Of a stretch of 64,000 nt of DNA, positions 33,095 to 48,640 are shown one piece after another. The notes beneath the pieces were generated by a model that had not been told where the DNA came from, searched no databases, and worked only from the letters and a program-made list of their open reading frames with translations. The translations under genes and the position numbers were made by a program. How positions within the stretch are numbered: the stretch's first letter is position 1; each line of letters starts with the position of its first letter. The DNA lies in NCBI RefSeq assembly GCF_009914755.1, contig NC_060926.1, one strand, 5' to 3'. The DNA comes from the human T2T-CHM13v2.0 reference genome, Homo sapiens.

Positions 33095-34160
33095 TACTAC
33101 CTTCTTAACAAATGTTTAAGTGTACAATACAGTACTGTTGACTATAGGTACAATACTGTATGGCGGAACTTATTCATCCTGCTTAACTGAAACTTCATGC
33201 CTGCTGACTAGTAACTCCACATTTCCCCCTCCCCTCCCTTTCACCCCTGACAACCACGATTCCACTCTTTGATTCTATAAATTTGACTATTTCAGATAAC
33301 TTCATTTAAGTGAAATCATGCAGTATTTGTCTGTGATTGGCTTATTTCATTTAGCATAATGTCCTCAAACTACATTAATGTTGCACATTGCAGAATTCCT
33401 TAAGACTGAATAACATTCCATTGCATGTATACACCACATTTTCTTTATTTCTTCATCTGTCAATGGACATGTTGTGGGCTGTTTCCACATCTTGGCTATT
33501 GTGAATAGTGCCATTATAAACATGGGAGTGCTAGTATTTCTTCAAGTTCCTGATTTCATTTCTTTTGAATAAATACTTGGAAGAAGAATTGCTGGATCAT
33601 ATGATAGTTCTATTTTTAATTTTTTGAGGACCTCCACACTGTTTTCCATAATAGTTACACCATTTTGCATTTCTACCAACAGTGTATAAGGGGTTCAATT
33701 TCTACGTATCTTCACCAACACTTGTCTTCTATGTTTTTTTTAAACAGTCATCCTAATAGGGATGAAAAGATATCTCATTGTGGTTTTTATTTGCATTTCC
33801 CTGATGATTAATGATGTTGAGTCTTTTTCCATATACTTGCTTGCCATCTGTATGTCTTCTCTGGAGAATGTCTATTGAAGTCTTTAGCTCATTTTTAAAT
33901 AGGTTATTAGTTTTTCTGCCACTAAGTTGCAGAAGTTCCTTAAATATTTTGGAGATTAACTCCTTATCAGATATATGGTTTGCAAATATTTTCTCCCATT
34001 TCATAGGATGCCCTTTCACTTTGTTGACTGTTTCCTTTGCTGTGTAGAAGCTTTATAGTTTGATGTCTCACTTGTTTATTTTTACTTTTGTTGCCTGTCC
34101 TTTAGGTGTTGTATCCATGAAATCACTGCCAAAGACAATGTCACAAAGCCTCCCTCCCTG
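33095..34160 (-). mobile_element. Old LINE-1 (L1MA/L1MB-type) 3' fragment
   Basis: Degenerate ORF2 C-terminus (WEKIFANHISDKELISKI) and a mammalian-wide L1 3' UTR. Confidence 0.88.
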
Positions 34161-34896
34161 TAGATTCCATATACAGTATTTGAAAAGCAAAGATATGTAA
34201 AAGAATAACAAAAATCAACTCGCCACCACCATCTCAAGATATTAGTTAACATTTCACCAAAAATTTTTAGATATTTCACCCGAAAGGGTATATTTTCTGT
34301 TTCATTGCATGTGTTATTAACACATGTCACTGATTGGTATGTAACACTTTCCTAGCCCCCTAAAACCAGGGACTTAACTTTACATACTGTGATCAACCTC
34401 CCTACATCCGGATCTTCCAGCTCAGTTTTTCAACTCTAGATATATTCAGCTACAAGGTTCTCACATGATGCAGAAATAGAGTACAGGTTTCCTCTGACAT
34501 GCTGCAATGCAGAATCAGAAAGATTCATAAAGGCATCCTGGGAGTTACAACTACTGCTTGCTATGTGGGATTAAACATGCTTATGAGGAAACAAAATGTT
34601 GTTTTATCTCTGCAATTGAGGTGCTTAAATTCTAGCAACATATAATTTAATTTAAACCTGTCCTCCTACCTTCAATTTCTAGATACATGGCCAAAACAAT
34701 GAATGTAACAGCCAAAACAATGAATATAATGAAAAAAGCTAATACCACAAAAGCAAGATTAATAACCCCAACTCTGCAGTTAATTTTCTTATCTAGGCGT
34801 TTTTTTTTAAGTCATTTACATCAAAATGCTATAACATAATCGCTAGGCTGCAACAACTTTTGAAGTGTGGTCCAAAGGTAATTCAATAAATAATTA

Positions 34897-35128
34897 CCAG
34901 CCTGGTTCACATGGTGAAACCCTGTCTCTACTAAAAATACAAAAAAATGAACCAGGCATGGTGGCACGTGCCTGTAATCCCAGCTAATCCGGAGGCTGAG
35001 GCACAAGAACTGCTTGAACCCAGGAGTAGAGGCTGTAGTGAGTCAACATTGCACCACTGCACTCCAGCCTGGATGACACAGTGATACTCTGTCTCAAAAA
35101 AAATAAATTAAATAAATAAATAAATAAA
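34897..35128 (+). mobile_element. 5'-truncated Alu
   Basis: Part of the left arm plus the right arm and (TAAA)n. Confidence 0.88.
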
Positions 35129-37109
35129 TGGCAGAACATATACCAGACCGTGGGGGTCAAAACAAGCCTTTATCTTATTAACATTTCACAGAAAACTCTT
35201 TTAACATACTCTGCTGGTCTTGCAAACAGTCTACGGCTAAGGCTACATGAAACTTCAGTGTTTTATAAATATATATAAATCACATGTGTATGTGCATATA
35301 TATATATATACACACATACTGGAGATATAAGGATAAACAGATCTGTGTATCTCTATCCCTAGAAATATGTATGTATCTTATTCAGGCAGAAAAACATGGG
35401 GTGGCTCAGGAGATAAATTATTAATCTATTCAATACAAAAGTTGATTTCTACTTGTTAGAAGAAAAATTAAAAACCAGAAGACAATGAAAATAAAACCAA
35501 GAAGCTTACTTGCAATTCAGACTAATTTCAAATTTTATTTAAACTCAGTTTCTTAACTTTAAGTTCCACAAGGGCAAGAACTACGTTTGCATGGTGATAA
35601 CCTAACAAATTCAAACCTTGCTGATTTATATTGGCAACCCAAATGATACAGAATTTTAGAGCATCTCAGAAGTCATCTTATTCAAAAATCCTCTAATTTA
35701 AAGATAAGATTAAGAAACCACTCTGGAAAAAGGGAAGACACAAATGTCACCCTGAAGCAGCTCAGGCTCCTTATCCCCAAATTTAGGGATAATGTTCAGT
35801 AAATGGCAACATTTACTGAATGTGGCTATGTGTTGAAAAAAGAAAATGGAAAGCAAGGGCAGTCTCCTCCACACTGCTTTTTGCGGATAAGAAAGATCAA
35901 CTGGTAGCATTAACATTGGACTGCTTAAGTGCTGAAAGAGCAAATGTGAAATGTTCCTCCTTTGCTATCTAAGGCTACCATATCATCAATTTCAATCAAG
36001 TAGTTCCTGATGAACAGAGCCCTGTCATTCTCAGGGGATACTTGTATCATGAGGAATACAAGTTTATGTGCCACTAGCACTTTAGTACAAGCTTTCACTT
36101 GAAGAACTTATCAAGGATGCTGGGCAGAGGCACTTTTTCACCTTCCTCCTATACACCAGGAACGGAAAGGTCCAGTCAAGGACCAGAAAAACATCTCTAA
36201 AAGCAAAATATGCCCCCATTTTTCTGTGAAAGTTTCACAATTTTAAAATAAGCTTATTGTAAGACAATAAAGGGTAGTCAAGAATATGCAGAAAACTAGA
36301 AATGAAATAACTGTCCAAATAATAGCAAAATATTTTCATAAGAGTTAAAGAGATAAACTTTAAAGGAGTAAGAAACAGGTTCCAAACTTAAGTGGAGAAA
36401 CAAAATTACTTATCACCACTTCAGCAGCAAAAGGAAGCAAGTTTTTGGAATGAAGGCCCAGAATCACATATTAAAGTCCACAGTATTTTTTTAAAATTCT
36501 TAAATACAAAAAAGATGTCTTCCACTCCTCAAAGCAACCCAACCTACAATCTTTGAGGGGAAATCAAAGTGATATTAAGTTAGTGAATAAACTTTCTGAC
36601 TAGTGGGAAAAAAGTTCCTTAGATTTTTAGACAGTATACTTGCAAAAACTTAAAATTAAAAGAACTATTAAATGTTTGTGTGTCCAAAGTTTAAATCAAT
36701 CAAATCTGTGGATAAAAAATTTTAGCACAAAAACAATGTTTATGATAACCCAACATATTTTAATAACAACTGTGGCTATCTGCAAAAAAATGAAAATGTG
36801 AAAATGGGAAAGAACACAGCAGTCTCCTCCTCTGTTTTTTGTGGAAAAGGTTAACACTGTAAGCCTCAAGACTGAACTGTTAAAGGATACCAAGAGACTC
36901 AAGAAAAACACCAATATTTAAAATAAAATAATTTCCAATTATTTTAGTAACATAATTATGAGATGCCATATTCACACACCTTAAAGCTGTTTTAGTTTCC
37001 ATTTCTTGCAAAGTAAATGGAAATTTTGTCTTTGAGAAAATATCAGCAATGATATATGCTGAGGTATAAAACTCACACGGAATGTGGCAAATGTGTAAGA
37101 ATGCTCACA

Positions 37110-37600
37110 TATGCAAAGAAAAAAATGCAGAAAAATAAAAAGGAATGCTCACAGTAGCACTACTCCTGACATCCAAACACAAAAACAATCCTATGTCCAT
37201 CAACTGTAGAATGGATAAACTGTAGTATATTCATACAATGTAATACTAAACAGCAACAAGAATGAACAATGAAAAAACTAATGCTACAAGCAGCAATATG
37301 GATGAAGCTCACAACAAATATTAAGGGAGAATTCTGTCAGACACATAGGAGTACATACTGGGGGGTTACATTTACATAAAGTTAAGAAACAGGCACAAGT
37401 AATCCAAGCAATCAGAAAGATGGGGTTGGGAACAGTGACTAGGAAGGCCCTTCAAGGGGGACACTTCTGGGATACTAGTAGTGCTTTATTCCTTGCTGTA
37501 GGTATTTTTGGTTACACAGATGTGTTTACTTCAGGAAAAGTAATCAAGCTGTACACGGATGATTTGTGCACTTACATATTTCAATTACAAGATTAACAGA
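37110..37600 (+). mobile_element. L1ME/MD-type 3' fragment
   Basis: atgtccatcaactgtagaatggataaactgtagtatattcatacaatg...atatggatgaagctcac. Confidence 0.65.
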
Positions 37601-37623
37601 AATTATTTCCACAATTTAAATAA

Positions 37624-37936
<313 letters not shown>

Positions 37937-38263
37937 ATAACTATATAGTTTTAAATGTATATAGCCCATTTATATTTTAAAAACTATAGACTGTTTCTAA
38001 TTCAAACAACTATTGCTAACACAAATGATTCATACATACTCTACTTCTCTCCCTCACAATCCTCACCCCAAAATTAGTCTTTTGAGTATTTTCTAAAAAG
38101 TGAAACTTTAAGAGAAAAATTTAAAAGTCAGAAAAAGATCAGGAAAAGAAATAAACACGTAATGTTAAGTGATTCTTGCAGGAATCCTTTACTCTCCCCC
38201 TCCCCCAATACTTTATTTGCCTCTGAAGAATCACTCCTACCCGAAAGATCTTTCTCCAAATTG

Positions 38264-38573
38264 TTTCTTTTCTTTTTTTTTTTTTTGAGACAAGGTCTTA
38301 AAACTCTGTCACCCAGGCTGGAGTGCAGTGGCTCAATCACAGTTCACTCTAGCCTTGACCTCCCTGGCTCAGATGATCCTCTCACCTCAACCTCCTGAGT
38401 AGCTGGGACTACAGGCATGGGCCACCACCCCACAGCTAACTTTGTATTTTCTGTAGAGACGGGGTTTCGCCATGTTGCCCAGGCAGGTCTCAAACTCCTG
38501 GGCTCAAGCGATCCACCCCACCCAGCCTCCCAAAAAGTGCTAGGATTACAGGTATGAGCCACTATGCCCCGCC
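38264..38573 (-). mobile_element. AluJ
   Basis: Dimer; TSD AATTGTTT. Confidence 0.9.
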
Positions 38574-39356
38574 CAATTGTTTAATTTCGCTTCCCTCTTT
38601 TACTTGGCCTAAAATACCAAAATTTGACAAGTTATCATAATCAGTCTCTTAAAAATGCAAATGTCTTTCAGAGAATTAATGAAGACATCAGTCATTCATA
38701 TGTAAGTGTGAAGTAGTATAGTGGCTACTTTTATGTATTGCTGACCTTATATGAAATAAAGTGAGTGAGTCTATAATTTCCTTTACCATAAGAACACTTT
38801 GCTAAAAATACTAGCTTTCAAAATATAGTGCCTTACTCCAACTTCTATTTCTCTCAACAAATCTTCTTTGATATTTCTTCTTTACTATGATAGAAGTCTG
38901 GAAAGACTCCTACTTTTCATTTGTTAAATTTTATTCACTTCTAATTCCCTTTAAAGCTTGTTTTTTTCTTTTTTCAAAAAGTTATGACCAATTATGTGGG
39001 AAGAAACAATAACTAGTAACATACATACCAAAGTTGTCCATCTCAATATATAACAAGGGAATAAAAAATAGTTACATGCTCTTCCTCTTCCCCATCCCCT
39101 TTCCTACTAAGTGTTAGAATCTCATAAAGCCACATGTTCTTATATACAGTATGTTAATATACTATGAATGGAAGATAGAAAAATCAATGCTTGGATATAA
39201 AAAAGAATTATTGTATCTAAACCCAAGTAGAGTTGGCAAATCAGCAAAGGCTAAACTGATTCAAGTCAGTTGGTTACACTACAGTAACACAGACACCAAT
39301 ATCAAAGGTTAAACCCACACAGTGGCCAGTTAATTTCACACTAAAGAAAAACTTCT

Positions 39357-39675
39357 GGTCGGGTGAGGTGGCTCACGCCTGTAATCCCAGCATTTTGGGA
39401 GGCTTAGGCGGGCAGATCACTTTACATCATGAGTTTGAGATCAGCTTGGCCAACGTGGGGAAACCCCGTCTCTACTGAAAATACAAAAATCAGCCAGGCA
39501 TGGTGGTGTGCACCTATAATCCCAGCTACTCAGGAGGCTGAGGCAGGAGAATCACTTGAACTCAGGAGGCAGAGGTTGCAGTGAGCCAAGATCACACCAT
39601 TGCACTCCAGCCTGGGTGACAGAGTGAGACTGTGTCTTAAACCAAAAAAAAAAAAAAAAAAAAGGAAAAGAAAAA
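39357..39675 (+). mobile_element. AluS
   Basis: Full dimer; [12 protein letters not shown](C/T)TTC. Confidence 0.92.
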
Positions 39676-40933
39676 AGAAAAATTTCCAACAAAGATTTTG
39701 CCACAATTCAACTCAACCATCTGGAAAAGGAGTGTTGTTCACTAGGAAAAAAGAGTAAAAATGAGATTATCACTATTATCAGAAAAATAACTAAAAGTAC
39801 ATATTCTTACTCCATTTCTAGCCTTCAAATAATCTCTAAGTATGAGAAAATACAAAAGCTCTCTTCACACAAAAAAAAGGATGAATGACACCTCTTCTCT
39901 CATGAGATGTGAAAATATTCCTTAATGTTTTTTAAGGTTTAGTCACCACATGGAAGAAAACAATTTTCTCCCCTTTTTGAACATAGCCCCATGATCTTCA
40001 TTTGTTAAAAAGAACAAAACATTTAACAACGGGGTTTTTAGAAACTGGGAGAGCAAGCAATTAACATACTGAACTCACACTTGCTTTAACATGCTATCTT
40101 ATTCGGGGTGTTTAAAAAACGTTTTAAATGCAATTAATGCATTCATTTTCAAAGGAAAATAAACATTTTTGATATTTGCCTTCAACTGAAATAAATCATG
40201 TAAAGGAAGTTAGTTGGTTTCATTTCTCTATTTTCTAAGGATTAAGTTTAAGCACATTTTTTATGCTAACCAAACATATATAAAAACTCCAAGCTACACA
40301 TATAAGAAACACACCAAACCATGGTGAGAAAAGAATATTTAGTCCACAAACCAGTCAAAATTACCACTGAAATCTAAAACTAATTTAACGCACATTTTTC
40401 TCCTTCTGAAATAGTCCAGCCTACAACCATGAGCTAAAATCAGTTAATACCCTTTATTCATAACTTATGAGTAATTCAGGGGAAATCTACCCTTCTTTGT
40501 ATAATGAGTGCTTAATGATCTCATCAACACACTGGAAAAACATGCTGGTCAATCAGTAGAGTCTCATCTTGAGACAAATCTACATGAGAGGTAAAATTAT
40601 AATCAGAAGATTACTTGAAAAATGTGAAACCAGATAAGTCAACAATCAATAGCATCAGACTAGTGCAGCCATCTCCAATAGGACAGATGGTATAGAACAG
40701 GGGACAGATCTGCTTCAAGGGGCAGGTTATTGCATCCCCTGAAAGTTATACAAACATTCTGCCAAATGTATTTTGGTATCTTTCCTTGTTTATAGAAAGA
40801 TTAGGTGATATAAATCAATTTTGAAATTTTTTTGCTACTTACTATGCATCTTCATTGTTGTATAGCTGAGCCTCTACTTCTTCATTTATTAAAAAAAAAA
40901 AGTAATAAAATCTCTTACAGAATTGGTATAAGG

Positions 40934-41234
<301 letters not shown>

Positions 41235-41364
41235 AGAATTGGTATAAGCTTCAACAAATCAGTTTCTCTGAGGTTGTAACAAGTCATACAGATTGAATTT
41301 TATCTCTTGGGTTTAATTTTATATACAGCTGATACAATCCCTTACTTTTTATATTTAAAAGACC

Positions 41365-41580
41365 TATCATTTATTAAATATCTATCATGTGCTAGGTACT
41401 TTACTATCTCTCATCCTTACAAATGTTCTATAAGGCAGGTGTGATTCCCACTTGAAAGATCACAAAGTAAGGCTCAGAGAGGTAACATTGCTCACCAAAT
41501 GTTAAATAACTAATCAGATGTGTAGTCAGGATTAGAACCCATATCTAGCTAGCTTTAACTCTGAGCTCTTTACATCATAC
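41365..41580 (-). mobile_element. MIR
   Basis: aaggctcagagaggtaacattgctc...gtcaggattagaaccca. Confidence 0.65.
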
Positions 41581-42489
41581 TGTCTCATTCCTTATAGTGT
41601 ATCTTCATAATTTTATTTTCACAGGGTAGCAACTACAATTTGGGGAATACTTTGCCAACAAAGTCACATACTATAATTCTGTGGAAGATAAGAATATATT
41701 TCAAAGGTCTGATAAATCAGTGAATTGGAAGGTCTAAAACAGAGTAATACTTCAAAGATAAGTGGGACAAGACAGAAACAAAATAAGAGTAACTTTAATA
41801 TCAGGGATAAATAGGGGGACAATAAAAGACCTCATGTTGAAATAGCTCATTACTGTAAACTGGTTATTTTCAAAGTTAAAACAAACGGTGGGGGGCGGGG
41901 GGACTTGAGAAAATACTCAAACTAGGGGTTCTCACTAACAGATCAGGAACTACTTGTGGTTCCTGCCTTACCTAGTAGGTCTCCAAGCTGGTTGGCCTTC
42001 TCTTGGGTTTGTCAGAATTTCCAGTAAAGGGAGAAAAGCAGGATAAGAGCTCTTAGGCCTTATCAGCAGAGCTCTTAGGCCTCATCAGCACAACTTTAAC
42101 ACTAATAGCAACACTACTCTGTTTCTATCCCTCAAGTAAGTTCCAAGCTTTAAGAAAATAGGCTCTTTTTACAGCTCCCATACTTCCTGCCTCCAAAAGG
42201 TTGAGTGGCACTGTCTCCTCTCATGGGATACATTTGGAAGGGTTAGCCACCAGATGACAGAGTAGTACCCCACAGTACTTACTTCCTAAAACAGGAAAAA
42301 TCATGTTTCTTGTGCAGAACTCCTCTATTAAGACTGCACAGGATCCATGAAGTTAAAATATCACATGCTAGAACAATGCCACAGAAAGTATAACTAGCAT
42401 TCCTGACTAGAACAGCAAGGAGTGTCTCCTGGCTGCTGCATATTATAAATATACAGCTCATTCCTCATCAGTACAGTGTCGAGAAAAAA

Positions 42490-42901
42490 GTATATACACG
42501 TATATATACACACGTATACACACATATATACGTATATACACACGTATACACACGTATATACACACGTATACACACACGTACGTATATACACACGTATACA
42601 CACACGTACGTATATACACACGTATACACACACGTATACACACACGTGTATATATATACACGTATACACACACGTGTATATATATACACGTATACACACA
42701 CGTGTATATATATACACGTATACACACACGTGTATATATATACACGTATACACACACGTGTATATATATACACGTATACACACACGTGTATATATATACA
42801 CGTATACACACACACGTGTATATATATACACGTATATACACACACGTGTATATATATACACGTATATATACACACATATATATGTATATATATACACGTA
42901 T
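42490..42901. repeat. Alternating purine/pyrimidine minisatellite; core unit CACGTATACACACACGTGTATATATATA (28 bp)
   Basis: Six perfect 28-mers starting at 42631, 42659, 42687, 42715, 42743 and 42771, then two 30-mers; 10-12-bp subunits upstream. Confidence 0.95.
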
Positions 42902-42977
42902 TTATGGAATTGCAGGGTTTTTAAAAATTGAAATCATTCAGTACGTATAATATTACATAAAATATTGCCGGTGGGGA

Positions 42978-43175
42978 GATATATATATTTATGTATATAT
43001 ATACACACGTGTGTACATATATACACATATATATGTATATATATACACACGTGTGTACATATATATACATATATATGTATATATGTACACACGTGTGTAC
43101 ATGTATATATATACACACGTGTGTACATATATACATATATATGTATATATATGTGGGTACATATATATGTGTGTC
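42978..43175. repeat. (TA/CA/TG)n compound repeat with an approximately 42-bp period
   Basis: CACGTG recurs at 43006, 43048, 43090 and 43116. Confidence 0.9.
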
Positions 43176-43568
43176 ATAGATAAGATTTTTATCCCACAAA
43201 TATGGGATTAGAGAGACTAGGTTTTTATTCTACAAGATTAGCTCAGAGTAGAAATGAATAGCAAAATCTATTAATGCATTCATTAAATTTCTTGAACTAT
43301 AAATATCACAATTAGATTTTCAGCACTTCAAAACAGTCCTGTGACTTTTCCAATAACTAGAAAAAAAATACATCTATTTTCAAAAACTCCCATGTCAAGA
43401 TTATTTCCAGAACCCAAATTCATCTTTTATTAAAAGGTAATAAATGAGAAACTAATAACAGTTATTAGATTCCAGGTAGAAGAATTTAGTAGCTGGAGGC
43501 TGATGTACGAAGGGGACTTCTGAATTTTAAACTGTGGCAATATTACCTATTCAAAGTAATTAATTTTA

Positions 43569-43643
43569 TTTTATTTATTATTTATTTTTTGAGATGGAGT
43601 CTCATTCTGTCACCCAGGCTGGAGTGCAGTGGTGCAATCTCAG
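43569..43643 (-). mobile_element. Severely 5'-truncated Alu
   Basis: 19-bp TSD TTCAAAGTAATTAATTTTA at 43550-43568 and 43644-43662. Confidence 0.9.
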
Positions 43644-43905
43644 TTCAAAGTAATTAATTTTAACAACTAAAATCTACTGATGAGAACACACAGCACTTCT
43701 GTAGACTTGTAAGCTTTCCTCATACTTTGTAATATCTAAAAAAATTACAAAATACATTCCTGCAGTAAAGACAATAAATTCATCAGAACGGGCTGCAAAA
43801 GCTAACTCCTTCTAGAATTTTAAAACAAAACAAATATCAAAAATCCAATCCCACACTACTGTTTCATTAAATCATGGACTATATTACCGAATTGTCACTG
43901 CGTAA

Positions 43906-44223
<318 letters not shown>

Positions 44224-44485
44224 TAGTACATGAAATCCCAATCTCAGGAATTTAAGAAATTAAAAAAGCTAATGATTAGGCTAGTATTTAGTCTTAGGAT
44301 AGCTGATCATTTCAGCTAACGAGTGAACACAATAGTCCATGAAATACCCAGACCAATATTTCCTTACGTGGGGTGTAAGAAATGCTCCCCCATGGAAAGC
44401 TTTGAAAAATCCTCAAAGATTTTAATCTATAGGGTCTAGTTTCTTTCTTCTTCAAACACTGGCCATTACAGATAAGACAAAGCGT

Positions 44486-44584
44486 ATATACACACACACA
44501 TAATGTATGTACAAACATGTATATACACAAATATACCCACATACACACACACATACACATACACACGTGTGTATGTAAATATAT
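44486..44584. repeat. Degenerate (CA/TA)n microsatellite
   Basis: Seen directly. Confidence 0.8.
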
Positions 44585-46530
44585 TTAAAAGTGGTGTCAA
44601 GGAAGTTTTTATACCAATTAACCTGTGGGCAATGAAGCAGCTAAAGACCATTCTGACAGACTTTTTGCCTGAAAACATATTATACTGTAACTATTTTATT
44701 ACCACTAAAGAACCTGAAATGCATCTTTATATAAAACAAATGATTTTATATACAGTCTGAACTAGTTTGTCTCAAAACAGCGAGTCTCACTTTGATTCCC
44801 TATCTGGAAAGTTGTCTGATCCACTATTAAGTAACTCTATCCAAGATCCTAATGCAAATGTTACATATCCATTAAGAGTTAGTAAAAGGTTAAAAAAAAA
44901 AAAACAAAAACCACACATACATTCTTAGCTTTAGTTCTTTAATTATCCTGTAATAATTAAACCCAGCATATTCCTAAACTAGCAACAACAAAATCCCTTT
45001 CTTTCCAAACTAGAAAGTGACACTTTGCGTGCTCCATAAAACTTTCGAAATAGAGTATTCTTAGTTAACTTCTGATCATTATATGAATCGGACATTTAAA
45101 AAAACGTAATTAAAATGTCAATTTTTCAAAGAATAACATATTTTTCCATATGGCTGGCAACATCTTTATTATTTTAGTTAACGAATTCATCTTAATGTTT
45201 TATTCATTTTAAGGCCATTTATGTGCCCTCTTTAAGACTCACACTATTTTCCCTAAAGTTCTTTTCCTCTCTGCTCTGTGCCAACACAGAATCTCCAAAA
45301 CAGTTTGTACTAGCTGCAGAGAAGCAACAATTCTACAGTAAATTTCATTTACCATTTGGTTGGGTACATACTGAAATTTGGATTCATGAATATTGACAGT
45401 TTATAGACATCAATGAGAAGAAAATTGACACTGGCATGTGACTGCCAACAACCAAGTCACCTTACCTCACATAGAAATGAAAATAGACCTCAGTAGCTAA
45501 TAATTTTGAACAAATGAATAAAAGTGTCCAAGACAAAATTACATCAACTAAGTTCGAAATTACACACAAACCTTGAAATGAAAATTCAGAGTAAACATTT
45601 TAAAATACACAAGGAGACTAAATTGTTTGACACGTTTTGATCCAATGCTAATATTATTAACCAATTACCACATCTTGAAAAAGCTTACTGTAGCAATAGA
45701 ATCCTTAATATTAAAGGCTAGAATTTCAATCGAGTGTCATTGTTTTCTCAAACATATTTGTCAGCTGTACTGCATACAGTGGCAATTCTGGAAGAAGAAC
45801 ATTATTTGAACGGAACATCAGAAGAACACTGATAGACATATGTGAAAGGAAATAATGAGACTACAGATTTTTAAAATTTACCCCCAAAATGGTAAATGTA
45901 TCAAAGAAATAAAACACTTTTACCAATTATGTTGCACAAGATCTCCAACTGCCTTGAAACATCACATTCTTTCAAGCAACATATAGCAAACTGCTTTCTC
46001 TAAGACTACCTTTAACAGTGACTGGTGAAAGCCTTTTAAACTATTTTCCGATTAACATCTCCCTCCTTCATTTGTTAAATATTGTGATCAAGTATAACAA
46101 TGAAACCGTTTTTAAGGAAATAATGTATAATTTTAAAAAACATTTAATCTCAATCCCTTTAACCAATGGAGGTGTGACAACAAACGCATGTAAAATTAAC
46201 CTTAATCCGCCAACTAAAACACGCAAAATGTCTCCTAACAATTCTCCTCCTCCTTAAAACAACAACCGTACACATAAATACGGTTCTGACCTCTACCACT
46301 ACTGCGAACAGCTAATTAATAAAGAGAATGGTTATGTTTGGAGACCAAGGTGCAACACCCCCCCTCATAAACCTCCCAAAATAACCACATCATCCAAGTA
46401 GAACTGAACATTATTTTTGCTAAAGCAGGATTTCAACCTCGGGGAGCCTCAGCCCTTAGACAATGGTGGTTACCAGACAGTGCTAAACAGTTGGGTCCAA
46501 ATGACACATTTCACTAGGCCTTGGACACAA

Positions 46531-46549
46531 CACACACACGCGCGCGCGC

Positions 46550-46590
<41 letters not shown>
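46531..46590. repeat. (CA)4(CG)6 CAAA (CA)18 compound microsatellite
   Basis: Seen directly. Confidence 0.92.
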
Positions 46591-46594
<4 letters not shown>

Positions 46595-47334
46595 ATCCCA
46601 AGGGGCCAGTTCTAAGCAAGGGGCGTTCAAACCCCACTAGGAGACGGAGAGTAGCACCGCGGCATGGGGGGTCGCTAGGGGAGGACAGGCGAGGGGGTGT
46701 CGATAGAGCGGAAGGGTAACTGCACTGCACACGAGGGAGGGGGCTGGAAATGGCCGATGGATTCCATATTTATTTATTTAAAGGTCTTGATTTAATGGGT
46801 CCTTCCCAGGGGTTCGTAACTAAAGACAAACTGCGCAGCAAACACTGTGGGGTTGGGAGAGGAGTCGCTGCTCCCCCTACCCCGTGACCAGGGACGGGGG
46901 GGCGGGGGAAACAAGTTCCCCTGCCAACACCACAGACCACCCCGATTCCCCTCTCCCGCTCCTCCTCAGGAAGGGGTAGGCTAACACAGAAAAGAGGGGG
47001 AAAACAAGTTCCCCAGCCAACCCCACCACCCGATCGCTCCCAGTCGCTCCCCCCACCTACCACTAGAAAGAGGCAGACTAAACCATGGAAGGCGGCAGAA
47101 AAGGGAGAAATCACGCCGCTCGCCTTCCCCCCGGCCACCAACAGACTCCCGCGGGGTCTGTGAGCGAGCGGAGAAGCCAAAGGGATGGGTGGGGGTGGAG
47201 GGTGCTGAGCCCCCGAAACCAAACAAAGCGCGGCCTGAGCGAGAGCCCAGGCGAGAAGGGAAGCCGCGGCTTTTCCTGCCGGCCGGGCCCGGCCCGGGCT
47301 GACACTGCGGCACCGGGGGACCCGCCTCCGCTCA

Positions 47335-48470
<1,136 letters not shown>

Positions 48471-48489
48471 GGTCCCTCCCCGCCGCGGG

Positions 48490-48640
48490 GCTGGCCGGGG
48501 GCGCGGGGGAGGGCCGCGGGGCGGCGGGGGGAGGGGTGGGTGGGCGGGGAAAGGAGGGGCGGGGATTCCGTCCAGGCGGCCAATCTAAGGCGCCCGTACA
48601 ACCTTCCGGCCAATGGGGCCTCCGCTCTTATCGCGAAGTC
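48490..48640. promoter_or_regulatory. TATA-less core promoter: SP/KLF GC boxes, two CCAAT boxes, ETS core, CGCG element
   Basis: Multiple GGGGCGG(G) boxes at 48498-48564; GGCCAAT with CCAAT at 48580 and 48610; CTTCCGG at 48603-48609; TATCGCGAAG at 48629-48638 matches TMTCGCGANR (BANP/CGCG-type motif). Confidence 0.75.

Noticed and set aside
42631-42860. 28-bp repeats as a CRISPR-like array
   Set aside because: The units are head-to-tail with no unique spacers, there are no cas genes, and the context is eukaryotic.
42394-43211. Long Y/T/H/I/V/C-rich ORFs on both strands
   Set aside because: An RY-alternating repeat cannot contain stop codons, so these are artefacts.
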